Assembly (NCBI GenBank): GCA_002685965.1
Contig: NYZE01000144.1
Span: forward strand, 1 to 62,555
Direction: 5' to 3'
DNA from: Planctomycetota bacterium
GTDB lineage: Bacteria > Planctomycetota > UBA1135 > GCA-002748355
Length of the DNA: 62,555 nucleotides
Shown: positions 1 through 10,985 of the stretch, one piece after another
Position numbering within the stretch: position 1 is the stretch's first letter
Layout of the letters: the number at the start of each line of letters is the position of its first letter
Notes under the pieces: model-generated
Told to the model about the DNA's origin: nothing
Database searches by the model: none
What the model saw: the letters and a program-made list of their open reading frames with translations, nothing else
Program-made: the position numbers and the translations under genes

Positions 1-138
1 GTAGACGGCGCCCTTGGTCACCCCAGCCCGCGCAGCGAGTTCGTCGAGGGAGGCACCGCGGAAACCGACATGGGCGAAATCGATGGCTGCCATCTCTTCC
101 AGCTCCGGACGGAGCTCTTCTCGCAGCGGCCTCGGCAC
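1..138 (-). CDS. TetR/AcrR family transcriptional regulator (5' part only; runs off the window edge)
   Basis: Manual translation of the minus strand from GTG 138: VPRPLREELRPELEEMAAIDFAHVGFRGASLDELAARAGVTKGAVY, a classic TetR N-terminal HTH. A TACCCT -10 box lies 7 nt upstream. Not in the ORF track. Confidence 0.88.
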   Translation of the reverse strand, partial: MPRPLREELRPELEEMAAIDFAHVGFRGASLDELAARAGVTKGAVY

Positions 139-153
139 GATCACAAGGGTATG

Positions 154-196
154 ACATACTATAGGGGATGTCAACATGGGATACGCTATAGTATGT
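154..196. promoter_or_regulatory. Two putative TetR operator sites between tetR and lipA
   Basis: ACATAC-TATAGG-GGATGT (154-171) and GGATAC-GCTATA-GTATGT (179-196). ACATACTATAG (154-164) and CTATAGTATGT (186-196) are a perfect 11-bp inverted repeat in an AT-rich patch next to the tetR -10 box (146-151). Confidence 0.65.
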
Positions 197-307
197 AGTG
201 GCCCAACCCCGGCGTTGACTGAGCGGGGGAGCGTCCTAACCTTCGCCTATCCGTCGCGCCGATGTCATCGATGGCTACACAGCCTCGATGCCGCGTCAAC
301 CGCCTCG

Positions 308-1243
308 ATGACTTCCCCCGATATCCAAACACCCAGCTCGAATGGCCGCTACGGCACCGTCAAGGCAGGCCGCAAGCCGTCGTGGCTACGCATGCAGTTG
401 CCGGGGGGTGAGAGCTTCGCGCGTATCTCGGGCTTGCTGGGAGAACGTGGCCTGCACACGGTCTGCGAGGAGGCTCGTTGCCCCAACCTCGGCGAGTGCT
501 GGGCCGGGGGCACTGCCACCATGATGGTGCTTGGGGACGTTTGCACCCGCGGTTGCCGCTTCTGTGCCGTCAACACGGGTGATCCGTCAGGGGTCGTCGA
601 TGCCGAGGAGCCCGTCAAGGTTGGTGAGGCCTGCGAGTTGATGGAGCTGAAATACGTCGTCCTCACCTCGGTCGATCGGGACGACCTGCCCGATGGCGGC
701 GCGGCTCACTTCGCGGCTTGCGTCCGGGAAACCAGGGCCCGGGTGGACGGAATCCTGGTCGAGTGCCTGACACCCGACTTTCAGGGGGACCATGCCGCGG
801 TCCGGACCCTCGTCGAGTCTGGTCTAGACGTCTTTGGTCACAACCTGGAGACCGTGCGCAGCCTGACGCCGCGAGTCCGGGATCGCCGAGCGACCTACGA
901 TCAATCCCTCGACGTTCTGCGAACGGCGCGCTCCATGCGGGCGGGTCTGGTCACCAAGTCGTCGCTGATGCTTGGCCTCGGTGAAACCGAGCGCGAGTTG
1001 GACCAGGTGTTCGCAGACCTCCGCGAAGCGGGGGTCGAGATTTTGACGCTCGGGCAATACCTGCGCCCGAGCATGTTCCACCTGCCGGTAAAGGAATACC
1101 TCACACCTGCTCGCTTCGATGCCTACCGGCAACGGGCGCTCGCCTGCGGGTTCGCCTGCGTCGTCGCTGGCCCCATGGTGCGCAGCTCCTACCGGGCTGC
1201 TGAGTTCTGGCGCGAGTCGAGGTTAGGTGCTGTTTCTGTTTGA
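308..1243 (+). CDS. lipA: Lipoyl synthase
   Basis: RKPSWL, CEEARCPNLGEC (CX4CX5C), CTRGCRFC (radical SAM), GQYLRP and RSSY motifs. Start moved to ATG 308. Confidence 0.97.
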   Translation: MTSPDIQTPSSNGRYGTVKAGRKPSWLRMQLPGGESFARISGLLGERGLHTVCEEARCPNLGECWAGGTATMMVLGDVCTRGCRFCAVNTGDPSGVVDAEEPVKVGEACELMELKYVVLTSVDRDDLPDGGAAHFAACVRETRARVDGILVECLTPDFQGDHAAVRTLVESGLDVFGHNLETVRSLTPRVRDRRATYDQSLDVLRTARSMRAGLVTKSSLMLGLGETERELDQVFADLREAGVEILTLGQYLRPSMFHLPVKEYLTPARFDAYRQRALACGFACVVAGPMVRSSYRAAEFWRESRLGAVSV

Positions 1244-1279
1244 CCCCGTTCTGATGGCAGCCGGAAGAAGGTCGAGGAC

Positions 1280-2446
1280 GTGACTACGAACGATCGCAAG
1301 ACAGACCGCAGCACGAAGGCCAACTCTTCGGGAACACGCGGCAGTTCGCCTGTGCTGAGCGTCATCGATGCCACCGGCAAGGTGTCTCGCTCGCGCGACC
1401 CGAGCCTCTCGAAGGAGGAGTTGCTCAAGCTCTACGCGACGATTGTGCGCACGAGAGTCATGGAGGAGCGGGCACTCAACCTGCAACGCCAAGGGCGGAT
1501 AGGGTTTTACGTTCCCTGCAGTGGTCAGGAGGCGAGCCACATCGGCACCGCTGCCGCGCTGCGCGATGAGGACTGGATATTCCCGGCCTACCGTCAGGCG
1601 GGAATCCCGCTGCTACGCAACGTGCCGATGCAGCAGATCATCGACGAGTGGTACGGCAATGACGGCGACATCTGCAAGGGTCGCCAAATGCCGGTGCATT
1701 ACTCGTTCCGGCAGGCTCGTTTGGTTTCGATCAGCTCGCCGATCTCTACGCAGCTTACGCAGGCTGTCGGCGCGGCGATGGCGGCACGTTACCTCGACGA
1801 GGACAGCGTCGTGCTCAGCTATTGCGGTGACGGCGGCACGAGCGAGAACGACTTTCACGCAGCGCTCAACTTCGCCGGGGTCTACAAGGCACCGGTCGTG
1901 TTCGTCTGCGAAAACAACCATTGGGCGATCTCGACGCCGCTCGAGTGCCAAACGGCGTCCGAGACCATGGCGATCAAGGCTGAGGCCTACGGCTTCCCGG
2001 GCGTGCGAGTTGATGGCAACGACATCCTCGCGGTGTACCAAGTGGCGAAGGAAGCGATCGAACGTGCTCGCAAGGGCAAGGGCCCGACGCTGATCGAAAC
2101 GCTGACGTATCGCATGGGGCCGCACAGCTCGTCGGACGACCCGACACGCTATCGCGAGGCCAACGAGGTCGAGTCGTGGCGGCAGAGGGATCCGCTCGAC
2201 CTCTTCCGCAAGTACCTGAAGGGGAAGCGACTCCTGACGCAGGCGATCGACGACGAGATCCACAACGCAGCGCGCGAAGAGGTCAACGAGGCTGTCAAGC
2301 AAGCCGAGGACAAGGCGACTCCGTCGGTCTCGTCGATGTTCGAAGACGTGTATCGCGACCCGACGCCGCAGCTTCTCGAGCAACGCGACGATCTGTTGTC
2401 GCTCGGCGAGGCATCGGCCGGGTCCGAAGGTTTTTTCCCCCTCTAG
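1280..2446 (+). CDS. pdhA: 2-oxoacid (branched-chain/pyruvate) dehydrogenase E1 alpha subunit
   Basis: LQRQGRIGFY, PAYRQ, GRQMPVHY, ThDP motif GDGGTSE...ENN and YRMGPHSSSDD. GRQMPxH resembles branched-chain-type E1. Confidence 0.92.
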   Translation: MTTNDRKTDRSTKANSSGTRGSSPVLSVIDATGKVSRSRDPSLSKEELLKLYATIVRTRVMEERALNLQRQGRIGFYVPCSGQEASHIGTAAALRDEDWIFPAYRQAGIPLLRNVPMQQIIDEWYGNDGDICKGRQMPVHYSFRQARLVSISSPISTQLTQAVGAAMAARYLDEDSVVLSYCGDGGTSENDFHAALNFAGVYKAPVVFVCENNHWAISTPLECQTASETMAIKAEAYGFPGVRVDGNDILAVYQVAKEAIERARKGKGPTLIETLTYRMGPHSSSDDPTRYREANEVESWRQRDPLDLFRKYLKGKRLLTQAIDDEIHNAAREEVNEAVKQAEDKATPSVSSMFEDVYRDPTPQLLEQRDDLLSLGEASAGSEGFFPL

Positions 2447-2473
2447 CAGCCCCCGAAGAAAGGGAGCACGACC

Positions 2474-3448
2474 ATGACCCCGATGACCCTGCTCGAGGGA
2501 ATCCGCGACGGCCTGATCACGGAGATGAATGGCGACGACCGCGTGCTCGTGTTTGGCGAGGACGTTGGCCGCAACGGCGGCGTCTTTCGCACGACTGATG
2601 GCCTCCAGGAGATGTTCGGCGAGAAGCGCTGTTTCGATACACCGCTGTCGGAGTGCGGCATCATCGGTGCCGCGATCGGCATGGCGGTCTACGGCCTGCG
2701 CCCCGTGCCCGAGATCCAGTTCCAGGACTTCATCTTCCCTGCATTCGACCAGATCGTGTCGGAGGCGGCCAAGATGCGCTATCGCTCGGGTGGCGAGTTC
2801 ACGGTGCCGATGGTGATCCGCACGCCCTACGGCGGCGGTATCCGTGGCGGCCACTATCACTCGCAGTCGGGTGAAGTCCACTTCACGCACACCCCTGGGC
2901 TGAAGGTCGTCGTGCCGTCGACGCCTGCCGATGCCAAGGGGCTACTGATCTCGTCCATCCGTGACGACGACCCGGTCATGTTCCTCGAGCCCAAGAAGAT
3001 CTACCGCACGCTCAAGGGGGAAGTGCCGGAAGGCGAACACGCCGTGCCGCTCGGCGTCGGCCGCATCGCGCGCGAAGGCACCGACTGCACGGTCGTCGCC
3101 TGGGGCGCGATGATCGAGATCTGCGAGAAGGCCGCCGAAGAGCTGCAGAAGAGCGGCAAGAGCATCGAGATCGTCGACCCGCGCACGCTGGTGCCGCTGG
3201 ATGAGAAGATCATCCTCGACTCGGTCAAGAAGACCGGTCGTCTCGTCACCGTCTACGAGGCACCGCGCACGTCGGGCTTCGGCGGTGAGATCGCTGCGAT
3301 CGTTGCCGAGAAAGCGATCGAATACCTCGAGGGGCCGATCGTCCGCGTTGCCGGGTTTGACACGCCGTTTCCCTACGCACTGGAGGGCATCTACATGCCC
3401 GACGTGCGACGCGTCGTACGCGGCATCGAGAAGACGTTCACCTGGTAG
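2474..3448 (+). CDS. pdhB: 2-oxoacid dehydrogenase E1 beta subunit
   Basis: GEDVGRNGGVFR, DTPLSE, EIQFQDF, GGHYHSQS and FLEPK motifs. AGGGAG RBS upstream. Confidence 0.95.
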   Translation: MTPMTLLEGIRDGLITEMNGDDRVLVFGEDVGRNGGVFRTTDGLQEMFGEKRCFDTPLSECGIIGAAIGMAVYGLRPVPEIQFQDFIFPAFDQIVSEAAKMRYRSGGEFTVPMVIRTPYGGGIRGGHYHSQSGEVHFTHTPGLKVVVPSTPADAKGLLISSIRDDDPVMFLEPKKIYRTLKGEVPEGEHAVPLGVGRIAREGTDCTVVAWGAMIEICEKAAEELQKSGKSIEIVDPRTLVPLDEKIILDSVKKTGRLVTVYEAPRTSGFGGEIAAIVAEKAIEYLEGPIVRVAGFDTPFPYALEGIYMPDVRRVVRGIEKTFTW

Positions 3449-3486
3449 GCGCCACGGGCACAGAACCCGAGATTAGAGGAGGAGAT

Positions 3487-4857
3487 ATGGCGTTGAAGGA
3501 GTTCAAGCTTCCGGACATCGGCGAAGGCGTCGCGGAAGGCGAAATCGTCAGCTGGAAGGTCGCGGTAGGTGACACCGTCGAGGAAGAGCAGGACTTCGTT
3601 GAAGTCATGACCGACAAGGCCACTGTCACGATCACGATGCCTTGGCCCGGCGTCATCCACGAACTCAAGGTCAACGATGGCGACGTCGTGCCCGTGGAGA
3701 CGGTCATCGCCGTGATCGACACTGCAGTGGGGGCGAGTGGCGCCGGTCGAGAAGAGGCGTCCCAACCCGAGGCGCAGCCTGAACCCGAGACACAGCCCGA
3801 ACCCGAGGCGCAGCCCGAACCAGTCGCTGCGGCGCCGGCCGCGCGCATTGCGGCAGCGACCCCTCCGGCGAGTCCTGGCCGCGTGCTGGCGGCTCCTGGG
3901 ACGCGACGTCGTGCCCGCGAGGCGGGCGTTGACCTGTCCATCGTGTCCGGCACTGGACCGAACGGCCGGGTCACCAACGAGGATCTTGCACAACACCTAG
4001 TGAACGGGGGCAGGCAGGCGCCGGTGGCGTCCCCGACCACGGTGTCCCCGACCACGGTGTCCCCGACCACGGTGTCCCCGACCACGGCGCTACCGCTTAC
4101 GGCAGCGCCCATGCACGATTTCTCACCCGGCAGCGTCGCGCCTCCTGCGGTTGCCGGGCTCGAAGAGCGCGTGCCGTTCCGTGGTGTGCGCAAGAAGATC
4201 TCCGAGGCGATGACGCAGTCCAAGTTCACCGCGACGCACTTCACGGTCGTCGAGGACGTCGACGTCACGGATCTCGTGGCGCTGCGCGATGAGATCAAGT
4301 CAGCCTATGCGGACATGGGCATCAAGGTTACCTACACGCCGTTCTTGATGAAGGCGGTCGTCGCCGGGCTGCGCGAGCAGCCTTGGCTTAACTCGACACT
4401 CGACGAGACGACGCAAGAGGTCGTGCTCAAGCGCTACTACAACCTCGGCATCGCGACCGACACGGACAACGGACTCATCGTACCGGTGATCCGCGACGTG
4501 GACCGCAAGAGCATCGTGCAGTTGTCGGTCGAGCTGCAAGAGCTCGTTCAGCGCACGCGCGAGGGCAAGGTGCAAACCGAGGACCTACAGGGCGGCACAT
4601 TCACGATCACGAACGCTGGCAGCCTTGGTGGCCTGATGGCGACACCCATCATCAACTTCCCTGAAGTGGCCATCCTCGGCGCGCACAAGATCCACGACGC
4701 CCCGCGTGTTGTCGACGGCGAGATCCGTGTGCGCAAGGTCATGTACCTGTCATGCTCGATCGACCACAGGATCGTCGATGGCGCAGCCGGCGTGCGCTTC
4801 TTGAACGTGTTGGCGCGCTGTCTGTCCGACCCGCGCAACTTGTTACTGGAAGCCTGA
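3487..4857 (+). CDS. pdhC: Dihydrolipoamide acyltransferase E2 (one lipoyl domain)
   Basis: Lipoyl domain (LPDIGEG...MTDKA), peripheral-subunit-binding domain (GTGPNGRV) and catalytic DHRIVDG. GAGGAGGAG RBS. Confidence 0.95.
   Translation: MALKEFKLPDIGEGVAEGEIVSWKVAVGDTVEEEQDFVEVMTDKATVTITMPWPGVIHELKVNDGDVVPVETVIAVIDTAVGASGAGREEASQPEAQPEPETQPEPEAQPEPVAAAPAARIAAATPPASPGRVLAAPGTRRRAREAGVDLSIVSGTGPNGRVTNEDLAQHLVNGGRQAPVASPTTVSPTTVSPTTVSPTTALPLTAAPMHDFSPGSVAPPAVAGLEERVPFRGVRKKISEAMTQSKFTATHFTVVEDVDVTDLVALRDEIKSAYADMGIKVTYTPFLMKAVVAGLREQPWLNSTLDETTQEVVLKRYYNLGIATDTDNGLIVPVIRDVDRKSIVQLSVELQELVQRTREGKVQTEDLQGGTFTITNAGSLGGLMATPIINFPEVAILGAHKIHDAPRVVDGEIRVRKVMYLSCSIDHRIVDGAAGVRFLNVLARCLSDPRNLLLEA
4029..4088 (+). 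repeat. 15-bp tandem repeat x4 in the E2 linker (SPTTV)
   Basis: GTCCCCGACCACGGT x3 followed by GTCCCCGACCACGGC. Confidence 0.95.
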
Positions 4858-4858
4858 G

Positions 4859-5929
4859 TTGTCTGCACCGACCGAGCTGATCGGAATCCTGTCGGAAACG
4901 GGCAAGGTGCCGAAACGACGCCTGCCCGACCTCGACGGCGAAGCCTTCGTGGAGCTGTACCGCGACATGGTCCGTATCCGGGTGTTCGACAAGCGGATGC
5001 TGGCGCTGCAACGGCAGGGTCGCATCGGATTCTACGGGCCGGTCAAAGGCCAGGAAGCGACGATCGTCGCCTGTGCGCGTGCTGTGGGGTCGACCGACTG
5101 GATCGTCCCAGCGCTGCGCGAGGGTGCGATCGCGATGATGCGCGGCCTGCCCCTCGAGTTCGCGGTGGCGCAGCTCATCGGCAACGACATGGACCTGTGC
5201 AAGGGTCGGCAGATGCCGTGCCACTACACCTGGAGCAAGGGTCGCTACGTGGCGATGTCGTCGGTCATCGGCACGCAGATCACACATGCGACTGGCCTGG
5301 CCATGGCAGCCAAGTACTCCGAACGCGACGAAGTCGTGCTCGGGTTTCTCGGCGATGGCGCGACCAGCAGTAACGACTTCCACAGCGGCCTCAACTTCGC
5401 GGCTGTCTATAGCGCGCCGGTGGTGTTCGTGTGCCAGAACAACCAGTGGTCCATTTCGGTTCCGTTCTCGCAGCAAACCGCCACCGAGACGGTCGCGGTC
5501 AAGGCCAAGGCCTATGGCATGCCGGCCAGACGGGTTGACGGGAACGACGTGCTTGCTGTACTCGATGTCGTTGGCCGAGCGGTAGGGCGTGCGCGTGGCG
5601 GTGATGGACCGACGCTGGTCGAGGCCGTGACCTATCGCCAGCTAGGGCACAGCTCATCTGATGATCCGACGCGCTACCGCGACGACGCGGAGGTCAAGGC
5701 GTGGCTGGCCCGCGACCCGATCGCTCGCTACCGCAAGTTCCTCGATGTGGAGGGGTTGTGGGACGACGAACGCGACACGGAGTTCGTTGATGAGGTCGAC
5801 GGTGAGATCAGCCGCGTCGTGCGCGAAGCCGAGGCAGCGCCGCCACTCGACCCGAGGACCCTTACCTCCGACGTCTTTGCACGGACCGACCCACGTCTCG
5901 AGGAGCACTTCCGCGAGGAACACCCATGA
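4859..5929 (+). CDS. Second 2-oxoacid dehydrogenase E1 alpha paralogue
   Basis: LQRQGRIGFY, GRQMPCHY, GDGATSS...QNN and YRQLGHSSSDD. TTG start 1 nt after the E2 stop; overlaps the lpd start (ATGA). Confidence 0.92.
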   Translation: MSAPTELIGILSETGKVPKRRLPDLDGEAFVELYRDMVRIRVFDKRMLALQRQGRIGFYGPVKGQEATIVACARAVGSTDWIVPALREGAIAMMRGLPLEFAVAQLIGNDMDLCKGRQMPCHYTWSKGRYVAMSSVIGTQITHATGLAMAAKYSERDEVVLGFLGDGATSSNDFHSGLNFAAVYSAPVVFVCQNNQWSISVPFSQQTATETVAVKAKAYGMPARRVDGNDVLAVLDVVGRAVGRARGGDGPTLVEAVTYRQLGHSSSDDPTRYRDDAEVKAWLARDPIARYRKFLDVEGLWDDERDTEFVDEVDGEISRVVREAEAAPPLDPRTLTSDVFARTDPRLEEHFREEHP

Positions 5930-7323
5930 GCTTCGATGCTGTAGTAATTGGCGCCGGCCCGGCTGGCTACGTTTGCGCGATCCGTCTCGGGCAGCTCGGC
6001 CAGAAGGTAGCGATCATCGAAGGTCAAAACTTCGGCGGCGTGTGTCTCAACGTCGGCTGCATCCCGAGCAAGGCGCTTATCTCGGCGGCCAAGCTCGTGC
6101 ACAAGGTCAAGAACGCATCCAAGATGGGTGTCCATGTCGATGGCGTGCGCGTCGACCTCGACCAGATGCTCGCGTGGAAGGGCAAGATCGTCGAGCAGCT
6201 CACGAGTGGGGTGAAGCACCTGCTCGACAAGAACGGCGTCGAGATCATCGAAGGAATGGGACGCGTCACGGCACCTAGCCGTGTCGAAGTCCAGTCCGAG
6301 GATGGCGTGCGCGTCGTCGAGACCAAGCACATCGTCATCGCGACGGGGTCGCACCCAATTGAGATTCCTGGCTTCCCGTTCGACGACGAGGACGTCTGGT
6401 CATCGAGCGAAGCGCTTACCCCGAAGCAACTGCCGAAGAGCCTTCTCGTGATCGGTGGCGGCTATATTGGCCTTGAGCTCGGCATCGTCTACCGACACCT
6501 CGGTTGCGACGTAACGGTCGTGGAGTTTCTCGACCGCGTGCTGCCCAACATGGATCCCGAGCTGTCCAAGGAGATGGCTCGCTCACTCAAGAAAAAGAAG
6601 ATCACCGTCAAGACCGGTGCGCGTGCGATCGGCTACGAGAAGATCGACGGTGGTCAGCTGCGCGTGCACGTCGAGGTCGAAGGCAAGGAGGAGTTCGTCG
6701 AGTGTGACGCCGTGCTCTCCTCAGTCGGCCGTGCGCCGAACGGCAAGGGGCTGGGGCTCGAGGAGATCGGCGTTGCCGTCGACGAGAGTGGGTTCATTGC
6801 AGTTGATGCACAGCGCCGAACAAACGTGCCGAGCGTGTTGGCCATAGGCGACGTCACCGGCCAACCGATGCTCGCGCACAAGGGCTCGGCCGAAGGTCTG
6901 GTCGCAGCAGCCGCGATCGCGGGCGACAAGGGTGCGGCGTTCGATCCCGCGGGTATCCCGTTGGTCGTCTTCACGGATCCAGAGATTGCTGCAGTCGGGC
7001 TGACAGAGGACGAGGCGCGTGAGCAAGGCTTCGACCCCGTGGTTGGCAAGTTTCCGTTCCGCGCGTCGGGCCGTGCGTTGTCGCTCGGAGAGATCGACGG
7101 GTGGACCAAGGTCATCGCTGACCGCGGCACCGACAAGGTTCTCGGCGTTCAGATGGTGGGCCCCGAGGTCACCGAGTTGATCGCCGAAGCGACGCTCGCG
7201 CTTGAGATGGGTGCGACGGCCAAGGACCTGGCGATGACGATTCACGCGCATCCGACCCTGCCAGAAACCCTCATGGAAGCCGCTGAGGATGTACACCGCA
7301 TGGCCGTGCACATCCTCACGTAG
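5926..7323 (+). CDS. lpdA: Dihydrolipoyl dehydrogenase E3
   Basis: GAGPAG, GGVCLNVGCIPSK redox disulfide, GGGYIGLE and HAHPTLPE. Confidence 0.97.
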   Translation: MSFDAVVIGAGPAGYVCAIRLGQLGQKVAIIEGQNFGGVCLNVGCIPSKALISAAKLVHKVKNASKMGVHVDGVRVDLDQMLAWKGKIVEQLTSGVKHLLDKNGVEIIEGMGRVTAPSRVEVQSEDGVRVVETKHIVIATGSHPIEIPGFPFDDEDVWSSSEALTPKQLPKSLLVIGGGYIGLELGIVYRHLGCDVTVVEFLDRVLPNMDPELSKEMARSLKKKKITVKTGARAIGYEKIDGGQLRVHVEVEGKEEFVECDAVLSSVGRAPNGKGLGLEEIGVAVDESGFIAVDAQRRTNVPSVLAIGDVTGQPMLAHKGSAEGLVAAAAIAGDKGAAFDPAGIPLVVFTDPEIAAVGLTEDEAREQGFDPVVGKFPFRASGRALSLGEIDGWTKVIADRGTDKVLGVQMVGPEVTELIAEATLALEMGATAKDLAMTIHAHPTLPETLMEAAEDVHRMAVHILT

Positions 7324-7452
7324 CTCCGCTGGCATAGCGTGGTTCGATCGTGCCGGCCTTTGTCTGAATCGTCCGTCTGAATCGCCGCAGTTCGCTTGTT
7401 TGACCTGTGAGGCGTGACGGGGCGGAACGACCTCTAACGCCGCACGCGGCTG

Positions 7453-8811
7453 TCAGTTGCCCGTGACGAGCTTCTCGACGTCGCGTACTTCCTTCGGGGC
7501 CGCCTCGCTGAGCACACGGCAGCCACCGCGGGTGATCAACACATCGTCCTCGATGCGCACGCCGATGCCGCGGAGTTCCTTCGGCACGCGCTTGTCGTTC
7601 TTCTGGAAATAGAGACCGGGTTCGACGGTCGTGACCATGCCCGGCTGCATGAGCACGGACTTACCAGCCATTGTCTCGTACGGACCCACGTCGTGAACGT
7701 CCATGCCGAGCCAGTGCCCGAGGCCGTGCATGTACCAGGGCTTGTACTTTTCGTCGTCGACGAGCTTCTTGATGTTGCGCCCACGCAGCACGCCTAGTTC
7801 GACGAGGCCCTTCGTGAGTTCGCGGCGTGATAGGTCCAACAGCCGGCGAACCGGCGTACCGGGTTTGCACGCCTTGATGCACTTCTTCTGGCAGCGCAGC
7901 ACAACGTTGTAAACGGCGCGCTGTGCGTCGCTGAACTTGCGGGCGACTGGGAACGTGCGCGTGATGTCAGCGGAGTACTGCTCGTATTCAGCGCCGGCGT
8001 CGATCAGGAGCAAGTCGCCGCGTCGGATCTTCTGGTCGTTCTTGATGTAGTGCAGCGTGCAGGCATTCGCTCCGGAAGCGACGATCGAGTCGTAGCCGTT
8101 GCGCGGCGAACCATCGCGGCGGAACACCGCTTCCAGTTCGGCCTGGACCTCGTACTCGTACATGCCGGGTTGTGCGATTGCCATGGCGACGCGGTGGCCT
8201 GAGACCGAGATGTCAGAGGCACGTTGCAACCATTCGATCTCCATCGGCGACTTGATCCAGCGTTGTTCGTGGATGGCCGGTCGCGGGTCTACCATCGTCG
8301 GCAAACCCTGGTTGCGGCGTGGGCGACCGGTCCACCGCCGTGAGAAGTGATCGACCAGTGCCCGGTCGAAGGCTGGGTCGCACCCTAGGCCGTAGCCGAG
8401 CATGTCCCAGTCTTTGGATTCTTCCTCGAAGACGTCCCAGAACTCCTCGATCGGATGCGCGTCGTCCGCGCCGTACATCTTCTTTGCGCCGCGCACACCG
8501 GCGCGCTCGCCGTCCCACACTTCCATGGCCGGGTTGCGTGGGCGAACGAACAAGATCGTGCGTAGCCGTCCCTTGCCGTTTGGACCCTTGCCCTTGGGGA
8601 TCGCCAACAGGATCGACTCGGGCTCGTCGAAGCCGGTCAGATACTTGAAGTTGCTGTCCTGGCGATAGCTGTAGTGGACGTCACCGTTGCGCAGCACCTC
8701 GGGCGCAGAGCGGACCAAGAGTGGCGCTCCACGCAGCTGCTTGAGAATGGACTGTCGGCGGTCAGCGAAGACCCCGTTGGCGACGACACCGCTCGAGCGA
8801 GAAGTAGGCAT
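7453..8811 (-). CDS. pepP: Xaa-Pro aminopeptidase (aminopeptidase P)
   Basis: [13 protein letters not shown]-domain, [28 protein letters not shown] and GVRIEDD. Start moved to ATG 8811. Confidence 0.93.
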   Translation of the reverse strand: MPTSRSSGVVANGVFADRRQSILKQLRGAPLLVRSAPEVLRNGDVHYSYRQDSNFKYLTGFDEPESILLAIPKGKGPNGKGRLRTILFVRPRNPAMEVWDGERAGVRGAKKMYGADDAHPIEEFWDVFEEESKDWDMLGYGLGCDPAFDRALVDHFSRRWTGRPRRNQGLPTMVDPRPAIHEQRWIKSPMEIEWLQRASDISVSGHRVAMAIAQPGMYEYEVQAELEAVFRRDGSPRNGYDSIVASGANACTLHYIKNDQKIRRGDLLLIDAGAEYEQYSADITRTFPVARKFSDAQRAVYNVVLRCQKKCIKACKPGTPVRRLLDLSRRELTKGLVELGVLRGRNIKKLVDDEKYKPWYMHGLGHWLGMDVHDVGPYETMAGKSVLMQPGMVTTVEPGLYFQKNDKRVPKELRGIGVRIEDDVLITRGGCRVLSEAAPKEVRDVEKLVTGN

Positions 8812-8858
8812 GGTGGCAGAGCTTAACCTCTCTGGGGACGACAGGTAGGCTCTCGTCG

Positions 8859-10817
8859 ATGAGCTATGGCCACGATCGGCAAGTCTTCGAGCCTTCCGAT
8901 GCGTTCCGGGCCGATGCCCGTATCTCATCGATGGAACAGTTCAATGAACTCTACGAGCGGTCCATTGCTGACCCCGAGGGTTTCTGGGGTGAGGTCGCGT
9001 CGCGCATCGCGTGGCGCAAGCCGTTCACCAGAGTTGTCGACTGGGACTTCCACGAGGCGCGGATTCGTTGGTTCGAGGACGGGACCCTGAACGTGACCGA
9101 GTCCTGCCTCGATCGCCACGTTGCCGCGGGCAACGGGGACAAGACCGCCATCGTCTGGGAGGGCAACGACCCGGCCGATGACGAGCGCATCAGCTACTCC
9201 GAGTTGCTCGACCGGGTGTGCCGCCTCGCCAATGCCCTGGCCAAACTCGGGGTCGAGAAGGGCGATCGCGTTTGCATGTACATGCCGATGATTCCCGACC
9301 TTGCGGTGGCGATGCTCGCGTGTGCGCGGATCGGCGCCGTCCACTCGATTGTGTTCGGCGGTTTCTCCGCGGATTCGCTGCGCGACCGCATTCTCGACTC
9401 CACGTGCAAGGTCTTGCTGACGGCTGACAGCACGTATCGCGGGCAAAAGGAGATCCGACTCAAGGACATTTCGGACGAGGCATTGGCCGGTTGTGACTGC
9501 ATCAAAGCGTGTGTCACGTTCAAGAACACGGGCAACGAAGTTGCGATGCAGGCCGGGCGCGATACCTGGGCGCACGACTTGTTGGCGGCCCCCGACATCA
9601 GCGCCGACTTCCCGGCCGTCGAAATGGGGGCAGAAGATCCGTTGTTCATTCTCTACACGTCGGGCTCGACGGGTAAGCCGAAGGGTGTCCTGCACACCTG
9701 CGGCGGCTACCTCGTCTACGCGAGCTACACGCACGAGAACGTGTTCGACCACCGCGCCGATGACGTCTACTGGTGCACAGCGGACATTGGCTGGATCACG
9801 GGTCACAGCTACATCGTTTATGGTCCGCTCGCCAACGGTGCGACGAGCCTGATGTTCGAAGGTGTGCCCAACTGGCCTGATCCCGGGCGCTTCTGGGACG
9901 TCGTCGACAAGCACAGCGTGACGCTCTTCTACACCGCACCAACTGCAATTCGCGCGTTGATGCGAGCCGGCGACGGACCCGTCACGAGTCGCAGCCGCAG
10001 CACCCTACGCTTGCTCGGCACCGTGGGCGAACCGATCAACCCGGAGGCTTGGCTCTGGTATCACAACGTCGTCGGCGAGGGACGCTGTCCGATCGTTGAC
10101 ACGTGGTGGCAAACGGAGACCGGTGGCATTCTGATCTCGGCACTGCCGGGCGCTACGCCGCTCAAGCCGGGTTCGGCGACGTTTCCGCAACCCGGCGTTC
10201 GACCGGTGCTCGTCGACGAGAGCGGTACCGTGCTCGAGGGAAACGGCGTCTCCGGCATGCTATGCATCGACTTGCCGTGGCCGGGCATGATGCGCACGCT
10301 CTACGGTGACCACGATCGATTCAAGGAGACCTACTTTTCGCGCTTTCCGGGCAAGTACTTCACCGGTGACGGCTGCACGCGGGACGAGGACGGCTACTAC
10401 TGGATTACCGGACGCGTCGACGACGTGCTCAACGTGTCCGGTCACCGAGTCGGCACTGCCGAGGTCGAGAGTGCGCTAGTCGGTCACGCCGGTGTTGCCG
10501 AAGCTGCCGTGGTCGGTCGTCCCGACGAGATCACCGGAGAGGCGATCTATGCCTACGTGATCCTCGACGAGGGTGCCGAGCCGGACGCGTCGACACGTGG
10601 CGCGCTCATTGCGCAAGTGCGCAAGGAGATCGGTCCATTCGCGGCACCCAAGGCGATTCACTTCGCGCCAGGTCTGCCGAAGACTCGGTCGGGCAAGATC
10701 ATGCGTCGTATCCTTCGCAAGATCGCGGCCGGTCAGACCGAGGACCTCGGCGACATCTCTACGCTCGCCGATCCGGACATCGTCGCGGAGTTGATCGAGA
10801 CGGCACCGGGAGCCTGA
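8859..10817 (+). CDS. acs: Acetyl-CoA synthetase
   Basis: [28 protein letters not shown] and [11 protein letters not shown]. Confidence 0.97.
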   Translation: MSYGHDRQVFEPSDAFRADARISSMEQFNELYERSIADPEGFWGEVASRIAWRKPFTRVVDWDFHEARIRWFEDGTLNVTESCLDRHVAAGNGDKTAIVWEGNDPADDERISYSELLDRVCRLANALAKLGVEKGDRVCMYMPMIPDLAVAMLACARIGAVHSIVFGGFSADSLRDRILDSTCKVLLTADSTYRGQKEIRLKDISDEALAGCDCIKACVTFKNTGNEVAMQAGRDTWAHDLLAAPDISADFPAVEMGAEDPLFILYTSGSTGKPKGVLHTCGGYLVYASYTHENVFDHRADDVYWCTADIGWITGHSYIVYGPLANGATSLMFEGVPNWPDPGRFWDVVDKHSVTLFYTAPTAIRALMRAGDGPVTSRSRSTLRLLGTVGEPINPEAWLWYHNVVGEGRCPIVDTWWQTETGGILISALPGATPLKPGSATFPQPGVRPVLVDESGTVLEGNGVSGMLCIDLPWPGMMRTLYGDHDRFKETYFSRFPGKYFTGDGCTRDEDGYYWITGRVDDVLNVSGHRVGTAEVESALVGHAGVAEAAVVGRPDEITGEAIYAYVILDEGAEPDASTRGALIAQVRKEIGPFAAPKAIHFAPGLPKTRSGKIMRRILRKIAAGQTEDLGDISTLADPDIVAELIETAPGA

Positions 10818-10985
10818 CGCCGCTGTGCCAGCAGACGCTTTCGTTACATCTCATTAGGGCAGCATCGGGTAACCCGTGGTCCCCGGCGCAACTACCCATG
10901 TGCGTTCTCGCGGTAGGGTCTCGATCGCTCATCAGCAGCAGTGTCGAACCGCGAGCATTCTCACCAAACAAACTGGACCAGCCTC

